In this document: positions 1-7,749 of the stretch, piece by piece
How the letters are laid out: each line of letters opens with the position of its first letter
Position numbering within the stretch: the first letter of the stretch is position 1
Origin: Candidatus Brocadiia bacterium
GTDB lineage: Bacteria > Planctomycetota > Brocadiia > SM23-32
Assembly (NCBI GenBank): GCA_046538485.1
Contig: JBKHIT010000101.1
Span: 1 to 10,579, forward strand
DNA: 10,579 bases
Direction: 5' to 3'
The notes under the pieces: model-generated
What the model was told of the DNA's origin: nothing
Database searches by the model: none
Seen by the model: only the letters and a program-made list of their open reading frames with translations
Position numbers and translations under genes: made by a program

Positions 1-6
1 AGCATT

Positions 7-155
7 GCACCGTTTACGACTCGGTGCTCTATCACGACAATTCACGCCATAGCCCGGGGTGCGCCCGTGGTTCGGGCAAGCCCTGGGACTCCAGGACGTC
101 ACATAATTTCCGAACCCCGAAGGGGTGGTGCAGAAGGTCCGGAGTCGAATACTCC
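7..155. repeat. Cluster of short GC-rich palindromes/hairpins (REP-like intergenic element)
   Basis: GCACCG/CGGTGC (7-27); nested CCCGGGG..GCCC-loop-GGGC..CCCTGGG (53-87); ACCCC-GAA-GGGGT (114-126); GGAGT/ACTCC (141-155). No convincing ORF here. REP identity is inferred from the architecture only. Confidence 0.45.
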
Positions 156-304
156 TACGCGTTTGTTTTCATGTTGGGTTCAATGTTCCCCCGGCTTCAT
201 TGCTTTGCGTGTGCTTTGCCTTTTTGACAAAGAGGATCCACACCGATAGAGTTCTTTTGGACCACGTCCCGGCAGTTACCCCGGCGTAATTTTGGAGCGA
301 AACC

Positions 305-1432
305 ATGACGGATTTGAGAGACAGAAGCGGTTGTGAAAAAACGGTCGTGGAGGATCCGGAGACCGGACGGGAAATCTGGCGAATGACGAATTTCCGCTCG
401 CACGATCTCCATACCTACTACGATGCGTGTTCCTGGAACCCCAACGGAACCAAAATCGCCTTTACATCGATCCGTCCCGACGACGTCGTTCGGGATAAAT
501 CGAAAACCATTCCGAAGGGCGCTCTGTTCGTGATGGATGCCGATGGCTCCAATATCCGGTGTCTGGCGGAAACAGTGGATTTCAAACTGCATACCGGCTG
601 TTTCCCGATCTGGAAAGATAACGACACCATTATCTACCGCGGCAACGGCCATACCTGTATCATCGACATACAGACCGGAGAAATCCAGCAGATCAAGGGC
701 CTTTTCAGCCGATTCCTCAGCCCCGACGGGTCCAGGCTTGTCTGCCAGTGGTCGGATCCGGGCAAATCCGAGGAACGGGCCGCGTTTATCGTTGACCTTG
801 ACAGTTTCAGCCGGGAAAAAATCGTTTCGTCCGATGACCTGACTGAGGTCCTGCTCGATACCTTCAACCGGGCGAGCAGAATGCCGGATATTGATGAGCA
901 GAAGATGGGAACCCCCCAGCTGGCCAATATCAAATGGAGCCCGGACGGTTCGAGATTGATGCTGCGATTCAATTACGCCCCGGATGGATACTTGAAGTCA
1001 CTTTTCGTTCTGAACCCTGATGGTACGGGACTTAAACGCTTAAACATGGTCTCCCCGCGTTTTGGACACCATTCCTGGCATCCTGATGGGGAGCGAATTC
1101 TGTACTGTGATCGTAATGAAACCGGCCCCGGCCACCTGTACTATCTCATCGACAGGGATGGTTTCAATCGTCAGGTGCTGCACAAGGAACAACTGGGAAG
1201 CCACCCCCTCTTCAATCCCGCGGGCACCGAGATTGTGGATTTCGGCAATGGTGTCATCTGGCACCTTGACGTGGAAACCGGCAAAGTCCAGAAACTCGCC
1301 TCCTACACCAACGATCTGCACGGCGGGCTCCACGCCCATCCGTCCTGGAGCCCGGACGGTTCGCAGATCATTTACCACTCGGACCACACCGGGACGAGCC
1401 AGATTTATGTCATTCCGTTGAAAAAGAAATGA
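305..1432 (+). CDS. TolB/PD40-type beta-propeller protein, oligogalacturonate lyase (Ogl/PL22)-like
   Basis: 375 aa; GGAG RBS upstream of ATG. Repeated W/S-x-P-D-G blades (SWNPNG, LSPDG, WSPDG, WHPDG, WSPDG). N-terminal DPETGREIWRMT and C-terminal HAHPSWSPDGSQIIYHSD resemble the Ogl termini. No signal peptide. Confidence 0.8.
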   Translation: MTDLRDRSGCEKTVVEDPETGREIWRMTNFRSHDLHTYYDACSWNPNGTKIAFTSIRPDDVVRDKSKTIPKGALFVMDADGSNIRCLAETVDFKLHTGCFPIWKDNDTIIYRGNGHTCIIDIQTGEIQQIKGLFSRFLSPDGSRLVCQWSDPGKSEERAAFIVDLDSFSREKIVSSDDLTEVLLDTFNRASRMPDIDEQKMGTPQLANIKWSPDGSRLMLRFNYAPDGYLKSLFVLNPDGTGLKRLNMVSPRFGHHSWHPDGERILYCDRNETGPGHLYYLIDRDGFNRQVLHKEQLGSHPLFNPAGTEIVDFGNGVIWHLDVETGKVQKLASYTNDLHGGLHAHPSWSPDGSQIIYHSDHTGTSQIYVIPLKKK

Positions 1433-1459
1433 TAGTGTTTTGATGGAGAAACAGTCGCG

Positions 1460-2818
1460 ATGAAACCGAACATTCTGTTCATCATGCTGGACGATCTGGG
1501 AAAAGAATGGGTCGATGTCTACGGTGCGGAATGTATCGAACTGCCGAACGTCACAGAACTCGCCCGAACGGGCATGCAGTTTAAGAACGCCTATTCCATG
1601 CCGCAATGCACGCCGAGCCGGGTGGCGCTGATGACGGGACAGTATCCGTTCCGGAACGGCTGGATCAACCACTGGGACGTGCCGCGATGGGGGGCGGGTT
1701 GCCATTTCGATTGGCGCCGAAATCCCTGTGTCGCAAGGATTTTGAAAGAAGCGGGATACAGGACCGCGGCCGCCGGGAAATGGCAGGTGAACGATTTCCG
1801 CGTCCACCCCGACGCCATGACGAAACACGGATTCGATGATTACTGCATGTGGACGGGCTATGAGACCGGCAACGATCCCAGCGCCAACCGTTACTGGGAT
1901 CCCTACATCCATACGAAAGACGGTTCGAAAACCTATGAAGGCCAGTTCGGGGAGGACATTTTTTCCGATTTCCTGATCGAATTCATGCGGGAGAATCAAG
2001 ATGATCCGATGTTCCTCTACTATCCGATGTGCCTACCGCACACGCCCTTCACGACAACCCCACTCCAGCCGGAGGTCGAAGGAAAATACGAGCGACACAA
2101 AGCGATGGTCCGTTACATCGATCATATCCTGGGCAAAATGATCGACGCACTGGAAGAACTCGGACTCAGAGAGAACACCATCGTCATCTGGACCACGGAC
2201 AACGGGACGACGGGCCAGCTCAGCAATCGGCTCAACGGACGGGAGGTCCAGGGAGGCAAACAGAAGACGACCGAAAACGGCATTTGTGCGCCGTTCATCG
2301 TCAATTGCCCCGGTCTGGTTCCGGAAGGTGTTGTGAGTGACGCTCTTGTCGATTTCTCCGATATGTTGCCGACCTTCGCGGACATGGCGGACGCGGAACT
2401 CCCGGTGGAATACGGCTTCGATGGTGTTTCGGTGGCCGATGTCTTCCTGGGAGAAGCCGGGGATTCGGTGCGGGAATACATTCTGGGCATGGGGGGGCAG
2501 AACCGCGCCAAAGTTAGTGATGTGGGAGTCGAAAACGAGTGGCGATTTCGCGACCGCGTTATCCGGGACAAACAGTATAAGTTGTTCATCGACACCGACC
2601 GCCAGCCGGAGAAACTGGTGGATATCATCAATGATCCCGACGAAGAGGTGGATATCTCGGACAGTGAAGATCCCGAGGTTCAAGCTGCACGGCAGAAGCT
2701 GGAAGCACAGATCCCGCTTTTCCCGCGGTGGGACAACGACCCTCAATATGTCCCCCAACCTCCGCAGGAGTGGGATGTGCCGGTTACGGTTGAGAGTAAA
2801 GTTTGGAAGAAGAAGTAG
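1460..2818 (+). CDS. Formylglycine-dependent (type I, Cys-type) sulfatase
   Basis: 452 aa; KPNILFIMLDDLG N-terminus, CTPSRVALMTG (CxPxR) signature, GKWQ, PH, TDNG motifs; GGAG RBS; starts 27 bp after the upstream gene. Confidence 0.95.
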   Translation: MKPNILFIMLDDLGKEWVDVYGAECIELPNVTELARTGMQFKNAYSMPQCTPSRVALMTGQYPFRNGWINHWDVPRWGAGCHFDWRRNPCVARILKEAGYRTAAAGKWQVNDFRVHPDAMTKHGFDDYCMWTGYETGNDPSANRYWDPYIHTKDGSKTYEGQFGEDIFSDFLIEFMRENQDDPMFLYYPMCLPHTPFTTTPLQPEVEGKYERHKAMVRYIDHILGKMIDALEELGLRENTIVIWTTDNGTTGQLSNRLNGREVQGGKQKTTENGICAPFIVNCPGLVPEGVVSDALVDFSDMLPTFADMADAELPVEYGFDGVSVADVFLGEAGDSVREYILGMGGQNRAKVSDVGVENEWRFRDRVIRDKQYKLFIDTDRQPEKLVDIINDPDEEVDISDSEDPEVQAARQKLEAQIPLFPRWDNDPQYVPQPPQEWDVPVTVESKVWKKK

Positions 2819-2828
2819 GGGGGCGAAT

Positions 2829-2945
2829 ATGGAGATGTCCGCCCACATGGCGGTGGTTTGGATTGCAAGTATAGTCTCACTTGTCGTAGTTGTGCCGATC
2901 CGCCAGGGAAACGAAGAAACTTGCGAAGACGAGGAGGATAGTTAA
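2829..2945 (+). CDS. Putative small single-pass membrane peptide (38 aa)
   Basis: MEMSAHMAVVWIASIVSLVVVVPIRQGNEETCEDEEDS: hydrophobic run followed by an acidic tail. Starts 10 bp after the sulfatase stop behind a G-rich RBS-like tract and fills the intergenic gap. Confidence 0.35.
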   Translation: MEMSAHMAVVWIASIVSLVVVVPIRQGNEETCEDEEDS

Positions 2946-3016
2946 TTTGTACGTTTTCGAACAGTCAACCAATGGCGTCCAGTTTTACGACGTTTGATCG
3001 GAAAGGAGAATTTGCA

Positions 3017-3712
3017 GTGGCGAAGAAAACTCCCGAATCGAGTGGCGAGTGCAGGTTGTGCGGGGAGACTTTCAAATCTTCCGGAATGACATCGCACCTC
3101 AAGAGCTGTGTGAAGAAGAACCGGGAATCGAACGACCAGGAGGAAGTTGGTCTATACCACATGGTGGCGCGGGGTGGCGGGGGTCTTTTCTGGTTGCATT
3201 TTGAAGTGGTGGGCGAGGCCCCGCTGGAGGTTGTTGACGATTTTCTCCGGTCCATCTGGGTCGAATGCTGCGGGCATCTAAGCGCTTTTACGATCAACAA
3301 CCAGCGTTACTCGCCCCAGCCCATGGATTCAATGATGGCGAGAAATCCGGAGAAACCCACCGATGTTCCGATTTGCGAGGTGCTCAGCAACAATGACGAA
3401 TTCCATTATGAGTATGATTACGGGAGCACCACCCATCTTGAGATGCGGGTTGTGGACGTGCGTGAGGGTCCCCGGCCAGAACGGGCGGTTCGGGTCCTGG
3501 CCCGCAATCAGATGCCCGAGTTTGAATGCGCCGAATGTGGGGCAACCGCCACACAGATCTGCCCCACCTGCTGGGAGGATAATCTTTTTTGCGATGAGTG
3601 CGCGCCGGAGCATCCCTGCTATGATGATTACGGTGGTCTTTTGCCGTTGGTGAATTCGCCCCGGGCTGGGGTATGCGGATACACCGGCCGCTTCGGCGAC
3701 CAGGAATGGTGA
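3017..3712 (+). CDS. pRiA4b ORF3-like domain protein with N-terminal C2H-type Zn finger and C-terminal Cys-rich domain
   Basis: GTG at 3017 follows AAGGAG (3003-3008) and is preferred over ATG 2972. Motifs: CRLC..HLKSC; ECCGHLSAF and FHYEYDYGS (pRiA4b ORF3-like HL-x-x-F / YxYDF/YG); CAEC..CPTC..CDEC..H; terminal NSPRAGVCGY. Confidence 0.7.
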   Translation: MAKKTPESSGECRLCGETFKSSGMTSHLKSCVKKNRESNDQEEVGLYHMVARGGGGLFWLHFEVVGEAPLEVVDDFLRSIWVECCGHLSAFTINNQRYSPQPMDSMMARNPEKPTDVPICEVLSNNDEFHYEYDYGSTTHLEMRVVDVREGPRPERAVRVLARNQMPEFECAECGATATQICPTCWEDNLFCDECAPEHPCYDDYGGLLPLVNSPRAGVCGYTGRFGDQEW

Positions 3713-3785
3713 TAAATGCAACTCTTCATACACTCTGCTATAGGTGGGCCGCCGTACGTCTGTGGAGCTTGAAGTGTAGTTTGCA

Positions 3786-3817
3786 TTGCTGCATCTTACG
3801 GATGCAGGCTATATAAA
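3786..3817 (+). promoter_or_regulatory. Candidate promoter with operator-like palindrome upstream of the oxidoreductase
   Basis: TTGCTG (3786-3791) and TATATAAA (3810-3817) bracket the inverted repeat CTGCATC-N5-GATGCAG (3789-3807) in an AT-rich intergenic gap. Confidence 0.3.
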
Positions 3818-3980
3818 ACGGCGCATGCCGTTCGGGCGTAAGAATTTACAACAACAAAAAGTGTTCACAATTTCCGGCCAGTGCTACTGTGCCGGAAGAT
3901 GTCTGTATCTTCTTTATGAAATAGGCGGTTCAACCAGCGGGAGAGCTTTGAATTTAGAGTGACTGGAGTGGAGAGAATTT

Positions 3981-4985
3981 ATGAGCGAGCAGATTGCGGT
4001 TGGCGTGGTCGGTTGTGGCAATATGGGCGGTTCGCTGGCGGCCGGGGTTGATGCTTCGGAAGCCGGACGACTCGTGGCATTTTGCGATCCGGTGCAGGAA
4101 AATCGCGCGGGTATGGTAGAGAAATACGGCGGACGAGACTACGCTGAAATCGAAGAGTTTCTGAAGGACGAAAAGGTAGAGGCAGTTGTGGTCGCAACCC
4201 CGCCGGCTCTGCATGCGGACTACACCGTGGCGGCTGCCAGAGCGGGCCGACATGTCTTTACCGAAAAGCCCATGGCACTGAGCACGCAGGAATGCGCTCG
4301 GATGGTGGAAACGGCTCGCGACGCTGGGGTTGCGCTGATGGTGGGACAGGTGCTGCGGTTCTACGAGCCCTTCCAGTCTATCATTCGCTGGACGCGGGAA
4401 GGCCGGTTCGGCCGGCCGATGCATGCCGAAATCCGGCGGCTCAGCGGCGGTTGGTTTCGTCGCACCGGATGGCGTCAGCGGCTGGAGACCTGCGGCGGGA
4501 CGTTGTTCGAGGTCGGGGCGCATGAGCTTGATTTCATGCGTTGTATCCTTGGCGATCCCACGCAGGTCTACGGGGTTCGGGAGAAGATGCGGGAGGTCGA
4601 ACATGAGATCGAGGACGTCATCTCGCTGCTGGTGCGTTTCGAAGAGGGAGGAAGCGGGCATTACGCGAACGGCACCGCATGGGGCCGGGGCCGATATGAC
4701 ATGAATCTGTGTTTTGAGGAGGCGAACCTGATAAGCGAGAGCGCATTTGATTCCTCACAGCTCATGGCGCTTCGGGCGGGGTGCAAAGAGGAGGAAAAGA
4801 TCGCGCTCGAAGGTTTCGAGGAGGGTTCCGGGGTGGAACGACAGATGGACGCATGGCTCAGAGCACTACGGGACGGACGGCCTGTACCCGTCCCTGGCGA
4901 GGAGGGTATGAAAACGGTTGAGCTGGCGGAAGCCGCCTACCGCAGCGCGGAGACCGGTGAAGTGGTGCCGTTGGATGGAAGCTGA
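3981..4985 (+). CDS. Gfo/Idh/MocA family NAD(P)-dependent oxidoreductase
   Basis: 334 aa; Rossmann GVVGCGNMG, VVATPPALH, HVFTEKPMA, GQVLRF, GGTLFEVGAHELD; GGAG RBS. Confidence 0.95.
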   Translation: MSEQIAVGVVGCGNMGGSLAAGVDASEAGRLVAFCDPVQENRAGMVEKYGGRDYAEIEEFLKDEKVEAVVVATPPALHADYTVAAARAGRHVFTEKPMALSTQECARMVETARDAGVALMVGQVLRFYEPFQSIIRWTREGRFGRPMHAEIRRLSGGWFRRTGWRQRLETCGGTLFEVGAHELDFMRCILGDPTQVYGVREKMREVEHEIEDVISLLVRFEEGGSGHYANGTAWGRGRYDMNLCFEEANLISESAFDSSQLMALRAGCKEEEKIALEGFEEGSGVERQMDAWLRALRDGRPVPVPGEEGMKTVELAEAAYRSAETGEVVPLDGS

Positions 4986-5279
4986 GGGCCGCGCGCGATT
5001 TTGGCTGCGAAATGGGTCTTGTTGAATCTTGACTCTGCTTTCTGCTGAGGCCGGGGCTTTTCTCCGGGGCGGCAAACTTTCTAACCCACGGAGTCTTACG
5101 GTGGCCAGCCGGCCAGCCGATCTATCATGACCCAGAAGGGCCGACCTTTCAGGGCGCCATTGAGCGGGTGGGTGTGTGCTGCTCGGCGAGGCAGGTCGAT
5201 TTTGTGATGGGGATTGGTCTGGATCCACTCGACTGCCCAGTTCCGGCGTCGCCCGTTATCATCGCCTTTAAGCGGTCTC

Positions 5280-5432
5280 CCACCACCCGTTGTCCCCGGA
5301 AAATCATCTCCGCCGACCTGGCACCAGATGTTTAATCCTCTGCCATCTTGTCTGTTCTCCCGCAGTAATTCTTTAAAATCCCCCCTTCAGACGGTAAAAT
5401 GTCCCTATGATTTCTGCCATGAGAGAGGCCGG
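5280..5432 (+). repeat. Dispersed repeat copy 1 (block A 5280-5309 plus core 5354-5432) containing a sigma70-like promoter
   Basis: Block A matches 9867-9896 at 28/30. The last 70 nt of the core match copy 2 at 62/70 and copy 3 at 56/70 (hand alignment). TTTAAA 5372-5377, 17-nt spacer, TAAAAT 5395-5400, ATG 5407. Confidence 0.9.
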
Positions 5433-5550
5433 CTCGGTCGGCGGCGCATTGAACTCGCCCCGGTGGAGAAGGACGAGGAGAGCACATGGCGCGCACAGGA
5501 GGTATCGCCGCCTTTACAGTTGATTTAAGGAGGGTGAAAATCGCTTCTAA

Positions 5551-7537
5551 CCTGACTTTCCTACTTAGGATAGTGCAAATGTTGTAAACTGTTTACTGTA
5601 TATGGTTTCGGATGAGCAATGGCGTATTACCCCCAGGCCATTACTTCCCCTATCTCCAGCGCCTTGGCCAGGCGAAGCTGACGCTTGGACATACGGCTGT
5701 TGGTCAGGCGCCCTGCCCCGCGTTTTTTGTAGTGCTCCGGATAAATCAGCGCTACCTCTTTGATCCCGCTCAGTTCCTCAAGGAGCTTCGGCACCGACAG
5801 CTCCTCTCCAGCCTCATGGGCGACTTTCCGCATCAGCCGCACCAGCGTCAGTGCCAGCACACAGTAAAGCCCATGCACCCTCAGCTTCTGGTCGGTCCAG
5901 TGCCAGGCCGGCTGCCAGCGTAAAAAATCGGTGCCTTTCATGTTCTTGAAAGTCTCCTCGATGCGCGCCAGCTGCCGGTAGGTGCGCACCACCTCCTGAG
6001 GCTCCCACTCCAGCTGATCGGTCACCAAAACCGTCCGCCCCAGCCTGCGCCTGCCCAGCTTCGCCAGGCGTTGGTGATTCACCTGGTAGTGAAGCGTGGG
6101 GATCTTTCCTTTCTTGCCCTTCACATCGGTCTGAATCACCTCTGAGAGATACTGCCCGGACAGTATTTTCCTGACCTTCCCCTTCGTCGACTCCGCCGTC
6201 GGACGTTTTCCCCGGCCACCTCCCTGAGCCCTGTTCTGGAGGCTCCTCTGGAGCTGCGCCAGGTCCTTCTGGCATTTGACCATCTGACGGGTGATGCTGT
6301 CGAGCTGCTGAGTGTAGAGGCTCTCGCTGTAGGTGAGCACCACCTGGCAGTCCTTTGACCACAGCTGCACCGGGAAGCTCTGTGCCCGCGTTCCGGGCAC
6401 CCCCTCCAGGGAAGCCAGATCCTCCACCGGTGTGGCGAAGATCTCCGGAAAGTAGTTTGAGGGCACTGAGCACACGAACTGCACCTGGCTTGCCGCCAGC
6501 TGTTCCATCACATCCTCGGCCATGCATCCCCTGTCGCATACCAGGGTGGCGGGTGTCTGATCGCCCAGCAGCGCCCTGTAACGTCTTGTGAGATTGCGCA
6601 CGGCCTCCGGGAAGACCGTCAGATCGTTCAGGTTGCCCGCATAGACTCTGTGCAGCAGCGGCACCTGGAAGGCGCGGCTGGCCATAAGGGACAGACCGAC
6701 CTGACGCAGGTCGCTCCTTTTCTGCTTGTTGCGCCCACGCTGAGCCAAGTGGTTACGCGCATTTGTGGAGGCGATGAAGGTGAAAAAATTCGTGGTGTCG
6801 AAAAGCAAAACGTCGGTCTGGACGCCAAACTCCTCCCCGATCCCCTCCAGCAGCCGCTCCTGGATCTGCATTATGTGCTCCTGGTCGATCCTGTCCATAT
6901 GATCCCAGAACCGCTGGCTGCTGAACGCCTTCTTTTTGAAGCCCCAGAGCCGGCGCAGGATGGTGGACTCATACCACTGCCCGATCTCCACCTTGCTGCA
7001 TGGGGCGAGGGCCCGGTTGAGGGCGGCCAGGACCATGTAGTGGCCCACGCTGGGACCCTGGTTGCGTTTGGGAACAATCTCATCGATCAGCTCCAGGAGC
7101 CCCAGACGCCGCGCGATACCCAGCAGCGCAGCGACCCCTCCGGCCTCAAAAAGGACCGTCTCCTTTGGGGTGGCCGGTTCGGTGGCCTCCATTCTCTCAA
7201 TGATGCGATCAACGGTGCCGAGGTATTTCTGATAGACCACTCGGGGTTTTCCGTCCACGCGTTTGCACTGAGAGATGTAGTAGTAGGGGCGTCCCTTTTT
7301 GAATTTCTTGGTGACAGAAGCCATATGTGTCTCCTTTCTGGCTCAGAGGGTAATACATATGGCAGGCCAAAGTCCAGCAGAATCTTTAGACTGCTTTTCA
7401 ACGCGCCTATAGGCGCTTTGATCTGAAGCGAGCATGCATCTGGTAGGGTAATACAACTACAGAAAACGTATCCCCAAGGCAGCCAATCAGTTACAATTCA
7501 GAAGCCCCCTGAATTTGCGCTAAGTCGTAAAGTCAGG
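5551..7537 (-). mobile_element. Complete IS1634-family insertion sequence, 1987 bp
   Basis: Terminal IRs CCTGACTTTCCTACTTAG (5551-5568) and the reverse complement of 7520-7537, CCTGACTTTACGACTTAG (16/18). Flanking direct repeat CTAA at 5547-5550 and 7538-7541. Single intact transposase ORF. Confidence 0.92.
5627..7324 (-). CDS. IS1634-family DDE transposase
   Basis: 565 aa; N-terminal GRPYYYISQCKRVDGKPR..KYLG typical of the family; DDE triad LLFDTTN / LVCDRG / YRQLARIEETFKNMK; QKLRVHGLYCVLA; AAGGAG RBS 6 nt before ATG. Confidence 0.93.
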   Translation of the reverse strand: MASVTKKFKKGRPYYYISQCKRVDGKPRVVYQKYLGTVDRIIERMEATEPATPKETVLFEAGGVAALLGIARRLGLLELIDEIVPKRNQGPSVGHYMVLAALNRALAPCSKVEIGQWYESTILRRLWGFKKKAFSSQRFWDHMDRIDQEHIMQIQERLLEGIGEEFGVQTDVLLFDTTNFFTFIASTNARNHLAQRGRNKQKRSDLRQVGLSLMASRAFQVPLLHRVYAGNLNDLTVFPEAVRNLTRRYRALLGDQTPATLVCDRGCMAEDVMEQLAASQVQFVCSVPSNYFPEIFATPVEDLASLEGVPGTRAQSFPVQLWSKDCQVVLTYSESLYTQQLDSITRQMVKCQKDLAQLQRSLQNRAQGGGRGKRPTAESTKGKVRKILSGQYLSEVIQTDVKGKKGKIPTLHYQVNHQRLAKLGRRRLGRTVLVTDQLEWEPQEVVRTYRQLARIEETFKNMKGTDFLRWQPAWHWTDQKLRVHGLYCVLALTLVRLMRKVAHEAGEELSVPKLLEELSGIKEVALIYPEHYKKRGAGRLTNSRMSKRQLRLAKALEIGEVMAWG

Positions 7538-7749
7538 CTAAGTAGTTTTTATGGTCCTTCTCTATTAAATTGGTCGCAGCCCCTTATGCCTTTAAAAAAT
7601 CCGCCGTTGTGTTTGTCGTTTTGTTGCTTAAGTCGAAGAGCGATTTGTCCAATTCACGCTGAACCAGTACATTTTTTGGAGGGTAAACTACATACTAATT
7701 CCCGAAGAGGAAATGTCCAATTCCGTCTGAAGCATAACAGTATTCGCGC

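Noticed and set aside
1040..2848. Long minus-strand ORFs 1040..1999 and 2033..2848 (also 197..652, 3329..3733, 3954..4661)
   Set aside because: Antisense shadows of well-supported + strand genes in GC-rich DNA; no recognisable motifs.
5075..5260. Integron attC (TTCTAAC...GTT) or dif/Xer site interpretation of the intergenic DNA and repeats
   Set aside because: No complementary GTTAGAA-type R' box or long attC stem, no match to the 11-6-11 XerC/XerD consensus, and no integrase in the window.
5373..5420. 15-codon minus-strand ORF inside each repeat copy (MAEIIGTFYRLKGGF-like)
   Set aside because: No RBS, many non-synonymous differences among copies, and its stop is simply the TTTAAA palindrome. 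The + strand promoter geometry explains the conservation better, though this is not formally excluded.
5214..5528. ORFs 5214..5528, 9397..9726 and 9939..10256 sharing an 'SNxLKxxxQxV' peptide
   Set aside because: The similarity is only the translation of the DNA repeat. They start at unrelated positions, lack RBSs and are unrelated outside the repeat.
5612..7426. ORFs overlapping the transposase (5612..5923 +, 5814..6539 -, 6650..7426 +)
   Set aside because: Alternate-frame or antisense shadows of the intact transposase; no frameshift is needed and they show no protein-like features.
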